From a virus (taxonomy: Duplodnaviria > Caudoviricetes), in IMG/VR virus record IMGVR_UViG_3300028588_000061, positions 1 through 33,905 of that record: a DNA stretch of 33,905 nucleotides. One strand, 5' to 3'. Each line of letters opens with the position of its first letter. Position 1 is the stretch's first letter. The position numbers and the translations under genes were made by a program. Under the pieces are notes generated by a model. It made no database searches. It saw nothing but the letters and a program-made list of their open reading frames with translations, and was not told the origin of the DNA. This document shows, piece after piece, positions 9,099 through 18,798 of this stretch.

Positions 9099-9535
9099 GG
9101 AAGCCCGACAGCCTCCGCGCCGCGCTGACCGAAGCAGTGCCGGCGCTGGCGACGAACCCGCATCAGCTGAAGATGTGGATCGACAACGGCCGCGTGCGCT
9201 CGCTCGGCCACGCCGGCCCGGCCGCGATGGACTATCGCTACAAGCTGTCCCTCCTGCTGATGGACTTCGCGGCGGACGAACCGCACACCTTCTTCGCGGC
9301 GATCGCCGCCTGGCTTGCGATCGAGCAGCCCGAATTGCTGCTCCGCCCGCTCGACCAGGACGCCGGCATCGCGTTCGAGATCCAGGTGCTCGACGATGCC
9401 AAGGTCGACATCCTAGTCACGCTCGACCTGGACGAAGCAGTGCGGGGCCCCGCAGCCGGCCCGATCGCGACCCTACCCGAGCCGACGCTGGAAGGATCGG
9501 AGCTGCTCGCACCTGGCGCCGTCCTGCGCTTGTGA
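9095..9535 (+). CDS. Tail completion protein (gpR)
   Basis: RKPDSLRAAL, WIDNGRV, YRYKLSLLLMDF, QPELL. Confidence 0.88.
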   Translation: MRKPDSLRAALTEAVPALATNPHQLKMWIDNGRVRSLGHAGPAAMDYRYKLSLLLMDFAADEPHTFFAAIAAWLAIEQPELLLRPLDQDAGIAFEIQVLDDAKVDILVTLDLDEAVRGPAAGPIATLPEPTLEGSELLAPGAVLRL

Positions 9536-10002
9536 GCGACTTCACCGACCTCGACCTCCGCATCGCCCGCCTGATCGACCAGGTCACCCCGGCCGCACGC
9601 ACCGCGTTGGCGCGAAAGTTGGCCAGCGACCTCCGCAAGGCCAATGCCGAGCGCATCCGCGACAATGTGGAGCCCGATGGCGAAGCCATGGCGCCGCGTC
9701 AGCCGCGCAAGCAGGGCAAGTCCCTGCGCGAGCGAATCGGGCCCTCTGCCCTGCGGCGTGAGGCGATGTTCGCGCGCGCCGGCGGCGGCAAGTTCCTCCG
9801 CGCCCGCGCCACGCCGGAAGGCGCGCAGATCGGCTTCGCGGGCGCAACGGCGCGGATCATGCGGATACACCAACTCGGGCTTCGTGATCGGGTGAACCCG
9901 AGTGGTCCCGCCATCGAGTATCCAGTCCGGGAGGTTCTTGGCATCTCCGATGGAGATCGCGCACGGCTCCTCGACATCATCGCAGGACACTTCGACACCT
10001 GA
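9532..10002 (+). CDS. Virion morphogenesis protein (gpS)
   Basis: GTG start overlapping gpR stop; NVEPDG..APR, ARIMRIHQLGLRDRV, YPVREVLG. Confidence 0.88.
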   Translation: MSDFTDLDLRIARLIDQVTPAARTALARKLASDLRKANAERIRDNVEPDGEAMAPRQPRKQGKSLRERIGPSALRREAMFARAGGGKFLRARATPEGAQIGFAGATARIMRIHQLGLRDRVNPSGPAIEYPVREVLGISDGDRARLLDIIAGHFDT

Positions 10003-10007
10003 CGCCT

Positions 10008-10032
10008 TGTTGTAGCGCCCGGTCCTACAACA
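10008..10032. promoter_or_regulatory. Late-promoter activator site upstream of gpJ operon
   Basis: TGTTGTAG-cgcccggtc-CTACAACA. Confidence 0.8.
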
Positions 10033-10077
10033 ACCGGCCCTAGCCGCGTTCATGCCTCCGCGACGACATGGCGCACC

Positions 10078-10977
10078 ATGGCCGCTACTTTCAGTTCCTC
10101 CACCGTCGACCTGTCGCGCCTACCGGCGCCGACGATCGTCGAGCAGCAAAGCTTCGAGCAGATCCTGTCAGACATGATCGGGCGCGTGCAGCAGATCGTT
10201 CCCGAGTTCGATGCTACCGTCGACAGCGATCCCGCCGTGAAGGTGATGCAGGTCGCCGCCTATATGGTGCTGCTGGTCCGCCAACAGTTCAACGACGCGG
10301 CCCGCCAGTTGATGGTCGCCTATGCCACCAAAGAGCGGCTGGACCACCTGGCCGCCCTGGTCGGCGTCGCGCGGTTTGAGATCACGCCAACCAATCCGGT
10401 GACCGGCGCCGCCGCGGTTCTTGAGGATGACGACGCCCTGCGCCAGCGTGTCGTGCTGGCGCCCGAGGGCTTCTCGGTGGCAGGGCCCGAGCTCGCCTAT
10501 GTGAAGCATGCCAAGGATGCGAGCGGCGAGGTGCTCGATGCCAGCGCCACGTCGCCGGCACCCGGTGAAGTGCTGGTCTCGATCCTGTCGCGCGCGGGCG
10601 ACGGCACCGCCTCGGCCGAGCTGCTCGCTACTGTCGCAGCCATCGTCAACGATCCCGCCATTCGCCCCCTGGGCGACCTGGTCACTGTGGCCTCCGCCAC
10701 GCTGGTCCGCTTCGCGATCGTCGCCACGCTCACCACCTTCAGCGGCCCCGACGTGAACATGGTGCTGGCAGCAGCACGCGCCTCGCTCGACGCCTATCTG
10801 GCGGAGAACCGTAAGCTCGGCCGCGACATCAACCGCGCCGGCATCATCGCCGCGCTCAAGGTACCTGGCGTCGAGAACGTCGCTCTCCCCAGCCCCGCCG
10901 GCGACGTGGTCTGCACGCTCGCCCAGGCCGCGCTCCCAACCGCGATCACCATCACCCATGCCGGCTATGCCGCATGA
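10078..10977 (+). CDS. Baseplate assembly protein J
   Basis: VDLSRLPAP, SDPAVK, LDHLAA, EDDDALRQR, FSVAGP..AY, IRPLGD. Confidence 0.95.
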   Translation: MAATFSSSTVDLSRLPAPTIVEQQSFEQILSDMIGRVQQIVPEFDATVDSDPAVKVMQVAAYMVLLVRQQFNDAARQLMVAYATKERLDHLAALVGVARFEITPTNPVTGAAAVLEDDDALRQRVVLAPEGFSVAGPELAYVKHAKDASGEVLDASATSPAPGEVLVSILSRAGDGTASAELLATVAAIVNDPAIRPLGDLVTVASATLVRFAIVATLTTFSGPDVNMVLAAARASLDAYLAENRKLGRDINRAGIIAALKVPGVENVALPSPAGDVVCTLAQAALPTAITITHAGYAA

Positions 10978-11606
10978 CGTCCTTGCTGCCGCCCAACGCC
11001 ACTCGGCTCGAACGCGGCCTGGAAGCCGGCATCGCCGCGATCGCCGGCGTCGAAATGCCGATCGAGCAGCTTTGGGATCCTGCGACCTGCGCGCTCGACC
11101 TGCTGCCCTGGCTCGCCTGGTCCTTGTCGACCGACAATTGGGATCCAGACTGGTCCGAGGCTACCAAGCGCGACGCCGTCGCCAGGTCGATCGCCCTGCA
11201 CCGCGTGAAGGGCACGCGCGTGTCCGTCGAAGCCGTACTCGCGCGCTTCGACCAGCTGCTGACCATCGTCGAGTGGCACCAGGCCAATCCGCGCGCCGCG
11301 CCCCACACCTTCGAAGTCATCCTGCCGCTCGGCGCCGCAGGCGGTAAGCGCGCCACCGCTCGCTTTGCAGAAGCCGTCATCCGCGAGGTGTCGCGAGTAA
11401 AGCCGCTGCGCGAACACTTCGTCCTGGTCCAGCAGCTTACCGCCACGGCCGCCATCCGCGTGGTCGGCGCGGCGCGCGCCGTCCGCTTCGATCGACTGCC
11501 CGGCATCGCCGCACCCGACGCCGATCCCTGGTGGCTGACCGTCATCCAGACCGAGGACGGCGAACCGCTCCAGGCCGAGTCCGGCGCTCTGCTCGAGGAA
11601 GAATAA
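10974..11606 (+). CDS. Tail protein I
   Basis: SLLPPNATRLE, LLPWLAWSLS.D.W, HRVKGT, IVEW; acidic C-terminal extension. Confidence 0.92.
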   Translation: MTSLLPPNATRLERGLEAGIAAIAGVEMPIEQLWDPATCALDLLPWLAWSLSTDNWDPDWSEATKRDAVARSIALHRVKGTRVSVEAVLARFDQLLTIVEWHQANPRAAPHTFEVILPLGAAGGKRATARFAEAVIREVSRVKPLREHFVLVQQLTATAAIRVVGAARAVRFDRLPGIAAPDADPWWLTVIQTEDGEPLQAESGALLEEE

Positions 11607-12661
11607 TGGACGTTCTCAATCCGCTCCGGCTCGTCATCACCAACGCCGGCATCGCCGCCTTCACGCGCGCCCAGCTCGGCGAAGACATCGACCTGCGCAT
11701 CGCCACGGTCGGCTTCACCGCGGCTAGCTTCTACCTCGCGCCCACGCTCACCGCGCTTCCCGGTGAGTTCAAGCGGCTCGACACCCTGTCGGGCACCGTC
11801 ACCGGGCCCGACACGGTGCACCTGCTGGTGCGCGATGCGACGCCCGAGACCTATAGCGTGCGCGGCTTCGGCCTGTTCCTCGCCGACGGCACCCTGTTCG
11901 CCGTCTACGGGCAAGCGGTCCCGCTGGTCGAGAAGGCAGGCGCGTCGATGGTGCTGCTCGCGCTCGACCTGCGCTTCCCGGCCGAGCAGGTCGCGGCGAT
12001 CAGCTTTGGCGACGCCAACTTCGTCAATCCGCCCGCGACCGAGACGGTACAGGGCGTCGCGCGCGTGGCGACCCAGGCGCAAGTCGATGCCGGGACCGCC
12101 GACGAGTGCTTCGTAAGCCCCCAAAAGCTCAAGCACCTGCTGCCGCTCGGCGCCGTCATGATGTGGTGGGGCGCGGCGGCTGCCGTGCCCAGCGGCTGGG
12201 CGATCTGCGACGGCCGCAAGGTCCAGCGCAGCGATGGCGCGGGTGAGATCGCCACGCCCGATCTGCGCGACCGCGCCGTGGTCGGCGCCGGCGGCGCGCG
12301 CAACCTGGGCGATGCCTTCGGCGCCACAAGCCGAACGGTCGACACCTCCGATGCCGGCGCACACACGCCCGCTGGCAAGCTGCCCTCCCACGCCCACGGC
12401 GTGAACCTCAACACGGCCCAGGCGCAGAGCGGCGTCACGCTCAACACCACGATGCTGACCGAGACTGCGCGCGGCGGCAACGGCGTCTCGGTTGCAACCG
12501 CCTCACTGACCGATCCCGGCCACGCGCACGGCGTTGCCGGCAACACCGCGGGCTCGGGCGATCTCGCCCTCTCCATGGACGCGGTGCCCGCTCACAAACA
12601 CCAGGCGACGATCGACGTGACACAGCCGTCCTTCGCGCTCTTCTTCATCATGAGGATCTGA
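11606..12661 (+). CDS. Tail fibre protein (gpH-like) with tail-collar domain
   Basis: N-terminal ITNAG...GLFLADGTLFAVY; PATETVQGVARVAT; collar motif PLGAVMMW...PSGWAICDG...TPDLRDR; HxH metal motifs; ends LFFIMRI. Confidence 0.85.
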   Translation: MDVLNPLRLVITNAGIAAFTRAQLGEDIDLRIATVGFTAASFYLAPTLTALPGEFKRLDTLSGTVTGPDTVHLLVRDATPETYSVRGFGLFLADGTLFAVYGQAVPLVEKAGASMVLLALDLRFPAEQVAAISFGDANFVNPPATETVQGVARVATQAQVDAGTADECFVSPQKLKHLLPLGAVMMWWGAAAAVPSGWAICDGRKVQRSDGAGEIATPDLRDRAVVGAGGARNLGDAFGATSRTVDTSDAGAHTPAGKLPSHAHGVNLNTAQAQSGVTLNTTMLTETARGGNGVSVATASLTDPGHAHGVAGNTAGSGDLALSMDAVPAHKHQATIDVTQPSFALFFIMRI

Positions 12662-15435
12662 TGGCCAAGATCAGCGCGCTTCCCGTCACCAACCTGCTGC
12701 AGGGCGAAGAAATCCTGCCGCTGCTCCAGGGCGGCGCCACCCGGCGCACCACCATGGCGGCGCTGGTCGCCTATCTGTCGGCGTTCTTCGGGCGTGGTCC
12801 GAAGGGCGATCCTGGCGGCGACATGAGCGCGATCGGCCTCTTCACCGAGGCGAACGGCATGGACATCCCGGCCGGCGTCAAGACGGTGCGAACCACCGGC
12901 TGGGCCAGCCTGGGCGAAGGGGCCGCGCTCTACGTCCTGGACGAACTCTCGGCCTATGCGCCCGACCAGACCAGCCAGGTCGCCGAACCCAACGACCTGA
13001 CCGGCCCGCTATGGGCTGGTGCCACCACGGCCAGCTTCGACGGGACCTGGACCACGATCACCGACACCGGCGCCGGCTACCAGCGCTGGGAAACGCAGCT
13101 GCCCGGTTTCGTGCCCGACATCGCGACCCTGGAAGTCGAAGTCGCCAAGGATGATGTGCCCGCCACGACCCGCAAGGCGATCGTGCGCCTCCGCTTCGAT
13201 GGCGGCGTGCCCACGCAGTACGATCTCTACCTCGACACCCAGACCGGCGCCGTGACGCCTGGCAGCGCGCATGCCGCCGCCTCGAGCCTGCCCTATGATT
13301 ATCACACCGTCGACCTTGGCGACCGCTACCGCATCGTCGTCTCCGGCCTGGCCCCGATCAATTCCACCGTCACTTCCGCACGGCTCTATCCGGCGAATGG
13401 CCCCGGCAACGTCGCGGTCTCGGCCGCCATGGGCTCGATCCGAGTGCGTGGGGTCAAGCTCTACGCCGGCACCAGCGACCTGTACGTGCCGTTCGTCGAC
13501 GAACGCACCAGCTTCACCGCCAGCGACGGCCGCGTCTTCGGCCTCTCCACCCAGCAGGTCGCGCGGCCCCAGATGTGGGGCTTCCGCGCGGCCGCGGCCG
13601 ACAACACCGACGCCATGCAGGCCTTTACCGACGCGATCACCCGCACCGTGTTCCCCAGCGCCGACTGCACCGCCAATGGCAACATCTCCGCCCCGATCGT
13701 CTGGGGACCCAACGTCGCCACTGAAACCTTGACTGGTCGGCTGCGTCTGCGCGCGCTCGCGCCCATGACCCAGATGATCGACTGGCGCGGCCAGCGCGAC
13801 GTGAAGGCAGGGCTCACCGTCGAATTGTACGGCTACGGCTCCAGCGAATGGGAAGCGCGCGGCTGCCTGTTCGGCGAGACCTTCAACGACTGCCGCGGCA
13901 TGGATTGGACCGGCGGCGGCGCGTACTACAGCACCTTCCGCTATGCCGGTTGCGGCGTCTATTCCGGCAACAACAGCTTCATTCGCTTCGCCAAGCGCTC
14001 GGGCTTCTACTGCGGCTCGGGCGCAGCAAGCGCGGGCCTGTCGCTCACCGCCACCTGGGCCAATCCCGTCCACAAGGGCGACCCCGACACCGCCGACCAA
14101 TATACCGAGGTCGACGTGTCGGTGATCCCGGAAGACGCCATGCTTATGGGCACCGGCTCGTCGCGCAAGTCGTGGAAGGTGTGGATCAACGGCTCGCCGC
14201 GCCTGGTCCTCGGCGTCACGCGAGCGGACGGCTATGACGGCTCCGCGCCGTCTCCCGGAAAGCTGCGGCTGTTTCCCTGGGTCGACCTGCGCATCCAGGG
14301 CACCGCCACGCTCGATTACATGTTCGGCGGCGGCGTCTATCTCGCGGGCGCCGACAGCAACGAGCAAAGTGGCGACTTCGAATTCCAGCTTTCCGGCGCC
14401 GCGCTGGTCACCGACGCGCTCTATGGCGGCAAGTTCAAGCTCTCGGCGCAGAGCGCCGGCATGGTTTTGGGTGCCGGCCTGCGCCAGTACGGCGTGCACC
14501 AGCCCGACGAAATCGAGCTCATCTATAACGAGAACTGCCGCGCCAACGTGGTGATGGCGAACGGCCAGAACGGCGACTTCGGCAGGGTCCATATCGGCGG
14601 GCAGCATCAGGAGCCCTCGGCAGACAGCAACTGGACCTTCCTGCCGCTTCACGACACGGCCATTTACCGGCCCTCGGCAATCTCGGGCTGGGAGGGCAGC
14701 ACGGTGATGCACAATCATCGCCGCTGCCAGTACGAGAAGCCCAACCCGGAGAACTACCGCCGCCCCGTCGACCTTTCCGCTTCGGCCAACAGCCGCCGCG
14801 CCAACGCGCTTGCGATCGATCCCAACCGGGAGAGCGCCTATTACGCCGAGTGCGAGGTGACGAGCCGCGACGTCTATCTGCGTAAGCTCAGCACCGGCCT
14901 GCGCCGCAACATGGGCTATAGCGGCGCGCGCTACGAGGCGCGGGGCACCGGCCCGAACGGGGCGCCGACCGGGACGATCTACTTCACGGCAGAAGGCGAC
15001 GTGCCGATCAACGGCCAGCCAGGTCCTGCGATGTTCAGCGGCTTCAAGCGCATCGCTCTCTTCTCGATCGAGTGGGACCGCCTCACCGGCGGGTGGCTGA
15101 TCCACCTCCTCAACGCCGACAACTCGACCCAGGGCGTCAGCTTCTTCTGCGGCGGCGCCCCCGCGGCCGGCGAGGTCATCGCCTCGTCGATCATGCCTTA
15201 CGCCATGACGATCGGCTCGGGCATCCTGCGCTCGCTGGTCAGCGCCGGCGCGGCCACCACCTTCACCATCCGGCGTAATGGGGCCACGATCGGCACGGCC
15301 ACCTTCGCACCGGCCAGCACCGTGGCTAACGCCGTGTTCACCAGCACCGCGCTCGCTGCCGGCGACCTGGTCACCATCACCGCGCCCAACGCTGCGGATC
15401 CGCAGCTGAGCGACATTGCGGGGCTGATCCAGTGA
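12661..15435 (+). CDS. Large receptor-binding protein / tailspike (possible depolymerase)
   Basis: MAKISALP N-terminus, GPKGDPG, VRTTGW..GEGAALY head-binding-like segment, DNTDAMQAF (DDTxAxQ-like beta-helix start); located in tail fibre locus. Confidence 0.7.
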   Translation: MAKISALPVTNLLQGEEILPLLQGGATRRTTMAALVAYLSAFFGRGPKGDPGGDMSAIGLFTEANGMDIPAGVKTVRTTGWASLGEGAALYVLDELSAYAPDQTSQVAEPNDLTGPLWAGATTASFDGTWTTITDTGAGYQRWETQLPGFVPDIATLEVEVAKDDVPATTRKAIVRLRFDGGVPTQYDLYLDTQTGAVTPGSAHAAASSLPYDYHTVDLGDRYRIVVSGLAPINSTVTSARLYPANGPGNVAVSAAMGSIRVRGVKLYAGTSDLYVPFVDERTSFTASDGRVFGLSTQQVARPQMWGFRAAAADNTDAMQAFTDAITRTVFPSADCTANGNISAPIVWGPNVATETLTGRLRLRALAPMTQMIDWRGQRDVKAGLTVELYGYGSSEWEARGCLFGETFNDCRGMDWTGGGAYYSTFRYAGCGVYSGNNSFIRFAKRSGFYCGSGAASAGLSLTATWANPVHKGDPDTADQYTEVDVSVIPEDAMLMGTGSSRKSWKVWINGSPRLVLGVTRADGYDGSAPSPGKLRLFPWVDLRIQGTATLDYMFGGGVYLAGADSNEQSGDFEFQLSGAALVTDALYGGKFKLSAQSAGMVLGAGLRQYGVHQPDEIELIYNENCRANVVMANGQNGDFGRVHIGGQHQEPSADSNWTFLPLHDTAIYRPSAISGWEGSTVMHNHRRCQYEKPNPENYRRPVDLSASANSRRANALAIDPNRESAYYAECEVTSRDVYLRKLSTGLRRNMGYSGARYEARGTGPNGAPTGTIYFTAEGDVPINGQPGPAMFSGFKRIALFSIEWDRLTGGWLIHLLNADNSTQGVSFFCGGAPAAGEVIASSIMPYAMTIGSGILRSLVSAGAATTFTIRRNGATIGTATFAPASTVANAVFTSTALAAGDLVTITAPNAADPQLSDIAGLIQ

Positions 15436-16013
15436 TCCAGCAAACCGCCTGGCGCTATGTGACCGCGGTTGCGATGCCCTCCGCTCTGGGCGGAACCACC
15501 GCCTGGGCGAACTCGGGGCGCCTGACCGCCAGCGACAATTCGCGCGCGTCCGTGACGACATCGGGCACCACTACCGTTAGCACGCGCGTCCTGCGCGGCA
15601 CCGGCTTCGGCTTCGATGCCACCATCATCCCACCCGGCGCGCGAATCCTCGGCGTCGAACTGCAGCTTGAGGGCCTCTGCTCGCTCGCCGGCACCTATTT
15701 CGATGCATCAGTGCACCTGGTGAACGGCGCGGCCGGCGACGCCACCGACCGGATCAGCGCCATCGACCATGCCTCTCCCACCGCTTGGCCAACCGCTGAG
15801 GCGTTCCGCAGCTATGGCGCGATCGACGATGCCTGGGGCGCGCCGCTCACCACCGACGCGATCTTCTCTTCCGCCTTCGGCTTCGATTTCCAGGCCATTG
15901 CCCGCCCCGCCGTCGACACGCAGCGGACCATGAACCTCGACAGCGCCCGCATGCGGATCACCTACGAGCCGCGCCTGCGCCGTCGCGGCGGGCGCTGCAC
16001 CAGCACGCTCTGA
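15432..16013 (+). CDS. Hypothetical beta-rich virion-associated protein
   Basis: GTGA overlap with upstream gene; Thr/Ser/Gly-rich; last gene before third late promoter. Confidence 0.6.
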   Translation: MIQQTAWRYVTAVAMPSALGGTTAWANSGRLTASDNSRASVTTSGTTTVSTRVLRGTGFGFDATIIPPGARILGVELQLEGLCSLAGTYFDASVHLVNGAAGDATDRISAIDHASPTAWPTAEAFRSYGAIDDAWGAPLTTDAIFSSAFGFDFQAIARPAVDTQRTMNLDSARMRITYEPRLRRRGGRCTSTL

Positions 16014-16048
16014 AGACTGGCGCCTCGCAGGTCCGGCCTCGCGAACGC

Positions 16049-16073
16049 TGTTGTAGCTCCTCGATCTACAACA
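16049..16073. promoter_or_regulatory. Late-promoter activator site upstream of gpV operon
   Basis: TGTTGTAG-ctcctcgat-CTACAACA. Confidence 0.8.
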
Positions 16074-16116
16074 ACGTCCACGCGCCTGCGCGTCATGCCT
16101 GCGCCAGACAGCGAGC

Positions 16117-16650
16117 ATGGCCGATGCTGAAACCGCCGACGATTTGATCCGCTACGCCAAGGTCACCTCGGTCGACCTTGGCGCCGGCCGCTGCGTCGTC
16201 GCGATCGGCGACATCGTCAGCCAGCCTCTCAAGTGGCTGGAATGCCGCGCCGGCCGCACCCGCACCTGGTCGCCGCCCACCGTGGGCGAGCAGGTCGTGG
16301 TGCTATCCCCCGGCGGCGACATCGTCGGCGCCATCATCCTTCGCGGCGTTTCCAGCGATGCGCACCCGCCTGCGGGCACCACCGCGCGCGAGCTGATCGA
16401 ATTCCCGGACGGCACCGTCATCGCCTACGATGCCGAGAGCCACCTTCTGGAGGTACTCGCCAGCACCGGCAGCGTCCGCATGGTCGCGCGCGACTTCACG
16501 CTGGAAGGTCCAGTGAAGATCCGCGGGCCCGTCGAGGTGGAAGGCGCCATCACCGCCAGCGAGGATGTCGTTGCGGCCGGCAAGAGCCTCAAGAGCCATA
16601 TCCATACCAAGGTCCAGGCAGGCGCCGCGGTCTCGGGGCCGCCGCAATGA
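16117..16650 (+). CDS. Baseplate spike protein V
   Basis: RAGRTRTWSPPTVGEQVVVLSPGGD, FPDG..I.YD, C-terminal SLKSHIH. Confidence 0.94.
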   Translation: MADAETADDLIRYAKVTSVDLGAGRCVVAIGDIVSQPLKWLECRAGRTRTWSPPTVGEQVVVLSPGGDIVGAIILRGVSSDAHPPAGTTARELIEFPDGTVIAYDAESHLLEVLASTGSVRMVARDFTLEGPVKIRGPVEVEGAITASEDVVAAGKSLKSHIHTKVQAGAAVSGPPQ

Positions 16651-17003
16651 TCGGCATGGACGCTTCCACAGGGCGCCAGCTCGCCGGCGACGCGCACCTC
16701 GCGCAAAGCTGCGCCGACATCCTCACCACGCCGATCGGCACGCGCCTCATGCGCCGCGACTATGGTTCGGCCATTCCCGAGCTGATCGATCAGCCGGGCA
16801 ATCCGCTCACCCGCATGCGCGTCATCGCCGCCACGGCAGTGGCCCTTGCCCGCTGGGAACCCCGCATCGCGCTCACCCGCGTCCAGTTCGACGCGACTGC
16901 GAATCCGGCGCGGCCTGTGCTGCTTCTGGAAGGGCATCGCACCGACCGCCCCGGCGCCAACGCCCTCACCATCCTCACCATCCCACTCCGCTCCGCTAGC
17001 TGA
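16647..17003 (+). CDS. Baseplate wedge protein W (gp25 family)
   Basis: GMDASTG, HLAQS..DILTTPIGTRLMRRDYGS, RWEPRI. Confidence 0.94.
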   Translation: MIGMDASTGRQLAGDAHLAQSCADILTTPIGTRLMRRDYGSAIPELIDQPGNPLTRMRVIAATAVALARWEPRIALTRVQFDATANPARPVLLLEGHRTDRPGANALTILTIPLRSAS

Positions 17004-17013
17004 AGGAAACACC

Positions 17014-18183
17014 ATGGCCTTTCTCCACGGCATCAAAGTCAACGAACCGCTGACCGGCGCCGCCCTCGCGCTCACCGCGCTGTCTGCCGTGATCGGCATC
17101 GTCGCGACCGCAAGCGACGCCGACGCCACTGCCTTCCCGCTCGACAAGCCGACCCTCATCACCGACGTGAACGCCGCGATCGGCAAGGCCGGCAACGAAG
17201 GCACGCTTGCCAAGGCCCTCGGCGAGATCGCCAATCACGGTTCGCCCATCGTCGTCGCCGTGCGCGTGGCACCCGGTGTCGCCGCCGGCGATGTCACTGC
17301 CGAGGAAGCCACCGACCTCAACGTCGTCGGCTCGCGTATCGACAACGCCTATACCGGCCTGCAGGCGCTGCTCGCGGCCGAGGGCCAGGTCGGCGTCCGT
17401 CCGCGGATCATCGGCTGCCCCGGCCTCGACAGCGAAATCGTCGCGACCGCCATTGCCGTGGTGGCGCGCAAGCTGCGCGGCTTTGCCTATGTCCAGTGCG
17501 AAGGCGGCAATGTCGCGGAAGCCCTGCTCTACCGCCAAAAGTTCGCCTCGCGCGAGTTGATGGGCATCTGGCCCGAATGGACCGGCGGCCCGGTCGGCAC
17601 CTGGGCCGGCAAGGCTGTCGCCATCGCGCTCGGCCTGCGCGCCGCGATCGACGAAGAGACCGGCTTCCACAAGTCGATCTCCAACGTCCCCGTCGCCGGG
17701 GTGACCGGCATGAGCAAGGACGTCGCTTTCGATCTTCAGGACATGTCCACCGATGCCGGCCTGCTCAACGCCGGGGAAGTGACCACTTTGGTCAACATGA
17801 ACGGGCGCCGCTTCTGGGGCAATCGCACCTTCTCCGACGAACCCCAGTTCGCCTTCGAAGTGGCCGTGCGCACGTCCCAGGCGATCCAGGACACCATCGC
17901 CGGCGCGCTCGCCCGCTTTGTCGACAAGCCGATGACGAAGGGCCTGGTGGTCGACATCGTCGAAACCGTGAACGCCCAGCTGCGCCAGTGGGTCGGCCAG
18001 GGCCGGCTCGTCGGCGGCAGTTGCTGGTACGATCCCGGCGCCAACCAGGAAGCCGCGCTCGCCGCCGGCCGCCTGGTGATCGACTACGACTTCACGCCCT
18101 GCGCCCCGCTTGAGGGCTTGGAGCTCAACCAGCGCATCACCGACAAATATTACGCCGGCTTCGCGGACAACATCGCCGCCTGA
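17014..18183 (+). CDS. Tail sheath protein (FI)
   Basis: FLHGIKV, FPLDKP, GTLAKAL, PRIIGCPG, GFHKSISN, RFWGNRT, IDYDFTP; RBS AAGGA. Confidence 0.95.
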   Translation: MAFLHGIKVNEPLTGAALALTALSAVIGIVATASDADATAFPLDKPTLITDVNAAIGKAGNEGTLAKALGEIANHGSPIVVAVRVAPGVAAGDVTAEEATDLNVVGSRIDNAYTGLQALLAAEGQVGVRPRIIGCPGLDSEIVATAIAVVARKLRGFAYVQCEGGNVAEALLYRQKFASRELMGIWPEWTGGPVGTWAGKAVAIALGLRAAIDEETGFHKSISNVPVAGVTGMSKDVAFDLQDMSTDAGLLNAGEVTTLVNMNGRRFWGNRTFSDEPQFAFEVAVRTSQAIQDTIAGALARFVDKPMTKGLVVDIVETVNAQLRQWVGQGRLVGGSCWYDPGANQEAALAAGRLVIDYDFTPCAPLEGLELNQRITDKYYAGFADNIAA

Positions 18184-18233
18184 CGCCGCCGCGCACCCCT
18201 GCACCCTCGATCTGACCTGAAGGACCTACCGTC

Positions 18234-18743
18234 ATGCGCCTGCCCTCCAAACTGAAGAACTGGGACGTTCACACCGATGGCGACAGCTATGCCGGTATCG
18301 CCGGCGAACTGGCCCTGCCCAAGCTCGCCGAAAAGGTCGAGCAGTGGCGCGGCGCCGGCATGCTCGCCGAAGTCGATATCTCCATGGGCCTCGAAAAGCT
18401 GGAGATGGAAACCAAATATGGCGGCCTGGTCCTCGGCATCATGCGCCAGTTCGGCTCGATCGGCCTCGATAGCGTAATGCTCCGCTTCAACGGCGCCTAT
18501 CAGGACGATTATACCGGCAGCGTCGCCGCGGCCGAGCTGGTGGTGCGCGGCAAGCATGTCGAGATCGATCCAGGCACTGCCAAGCCCGGCGACAACACCG
18601 AATGGACGGTGAAGTCGACGCTCACTTACCTGCGCTGGCGCGTCAACGGCCGCACGGAGGTCGAGATCGACGTGATCAACTGCATCATGATCATCGACGG
18701 CATCGACCGCATGGCCGCCATCCGCCTCGCCATGGGCCGCTGA
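18234..18743 (+). CDS. Tail tube protein (FII)
   Basis: LPSKLKN, LPKL, RGAGM, LRFNGAYQ, EIDVIN. Confidence 0.95.
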   Translation: MRLPSKLKNWDVHTDGDSYAGIAGELALPKLAEKVEQWRGAGMLAEVDISMGLEKLEMETKYGGLVLGIMRQFGSIGLDSVMLRFNGAYQDDYTGSVAAAELVVRGKHVEIDPGTAKPGDNTEWTVKSTLTYLRWRVNGRTEVEIDVINCIMIIDGIDRMAAIRLAMGR

Positions 18744-18798
18744 TCGGCGCCGCGGATCCACAGCCCCTTCCGATCCCGTTTCACCAGGAACCCGCACC

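Noticed and set aside
13009-15561. 850-aa minus-strand ORF and many other long antisense or alternate-frame ORFs (e.g. 4752-5936, 10952-12397, 16996-18204, 19065-20546)
   Set aside because: Shadow frames of high-GC coding genes; no motifs, and each lies opposite a confidently assigned phage gene
11606-16013. Possible tail-fibre inversion system or diversity-generating retroelement
   Set aside because: No invertase, reverse transcriptase, or template/variable repeat pair seen
3830-16073. TGTTGTAG/CTACAACA palindromes as CRISPR repeats or terminators
   Set aside because: Isolated copies kilobases apart, no spacers or cas genes, no U-tracts, constant distance to start codons
10078-17003. J-I-H placed before V-W, unlike P2
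   Set aside because: I recall this order from other P2-like phages of non-enteric hosts, so it is not treated as novel
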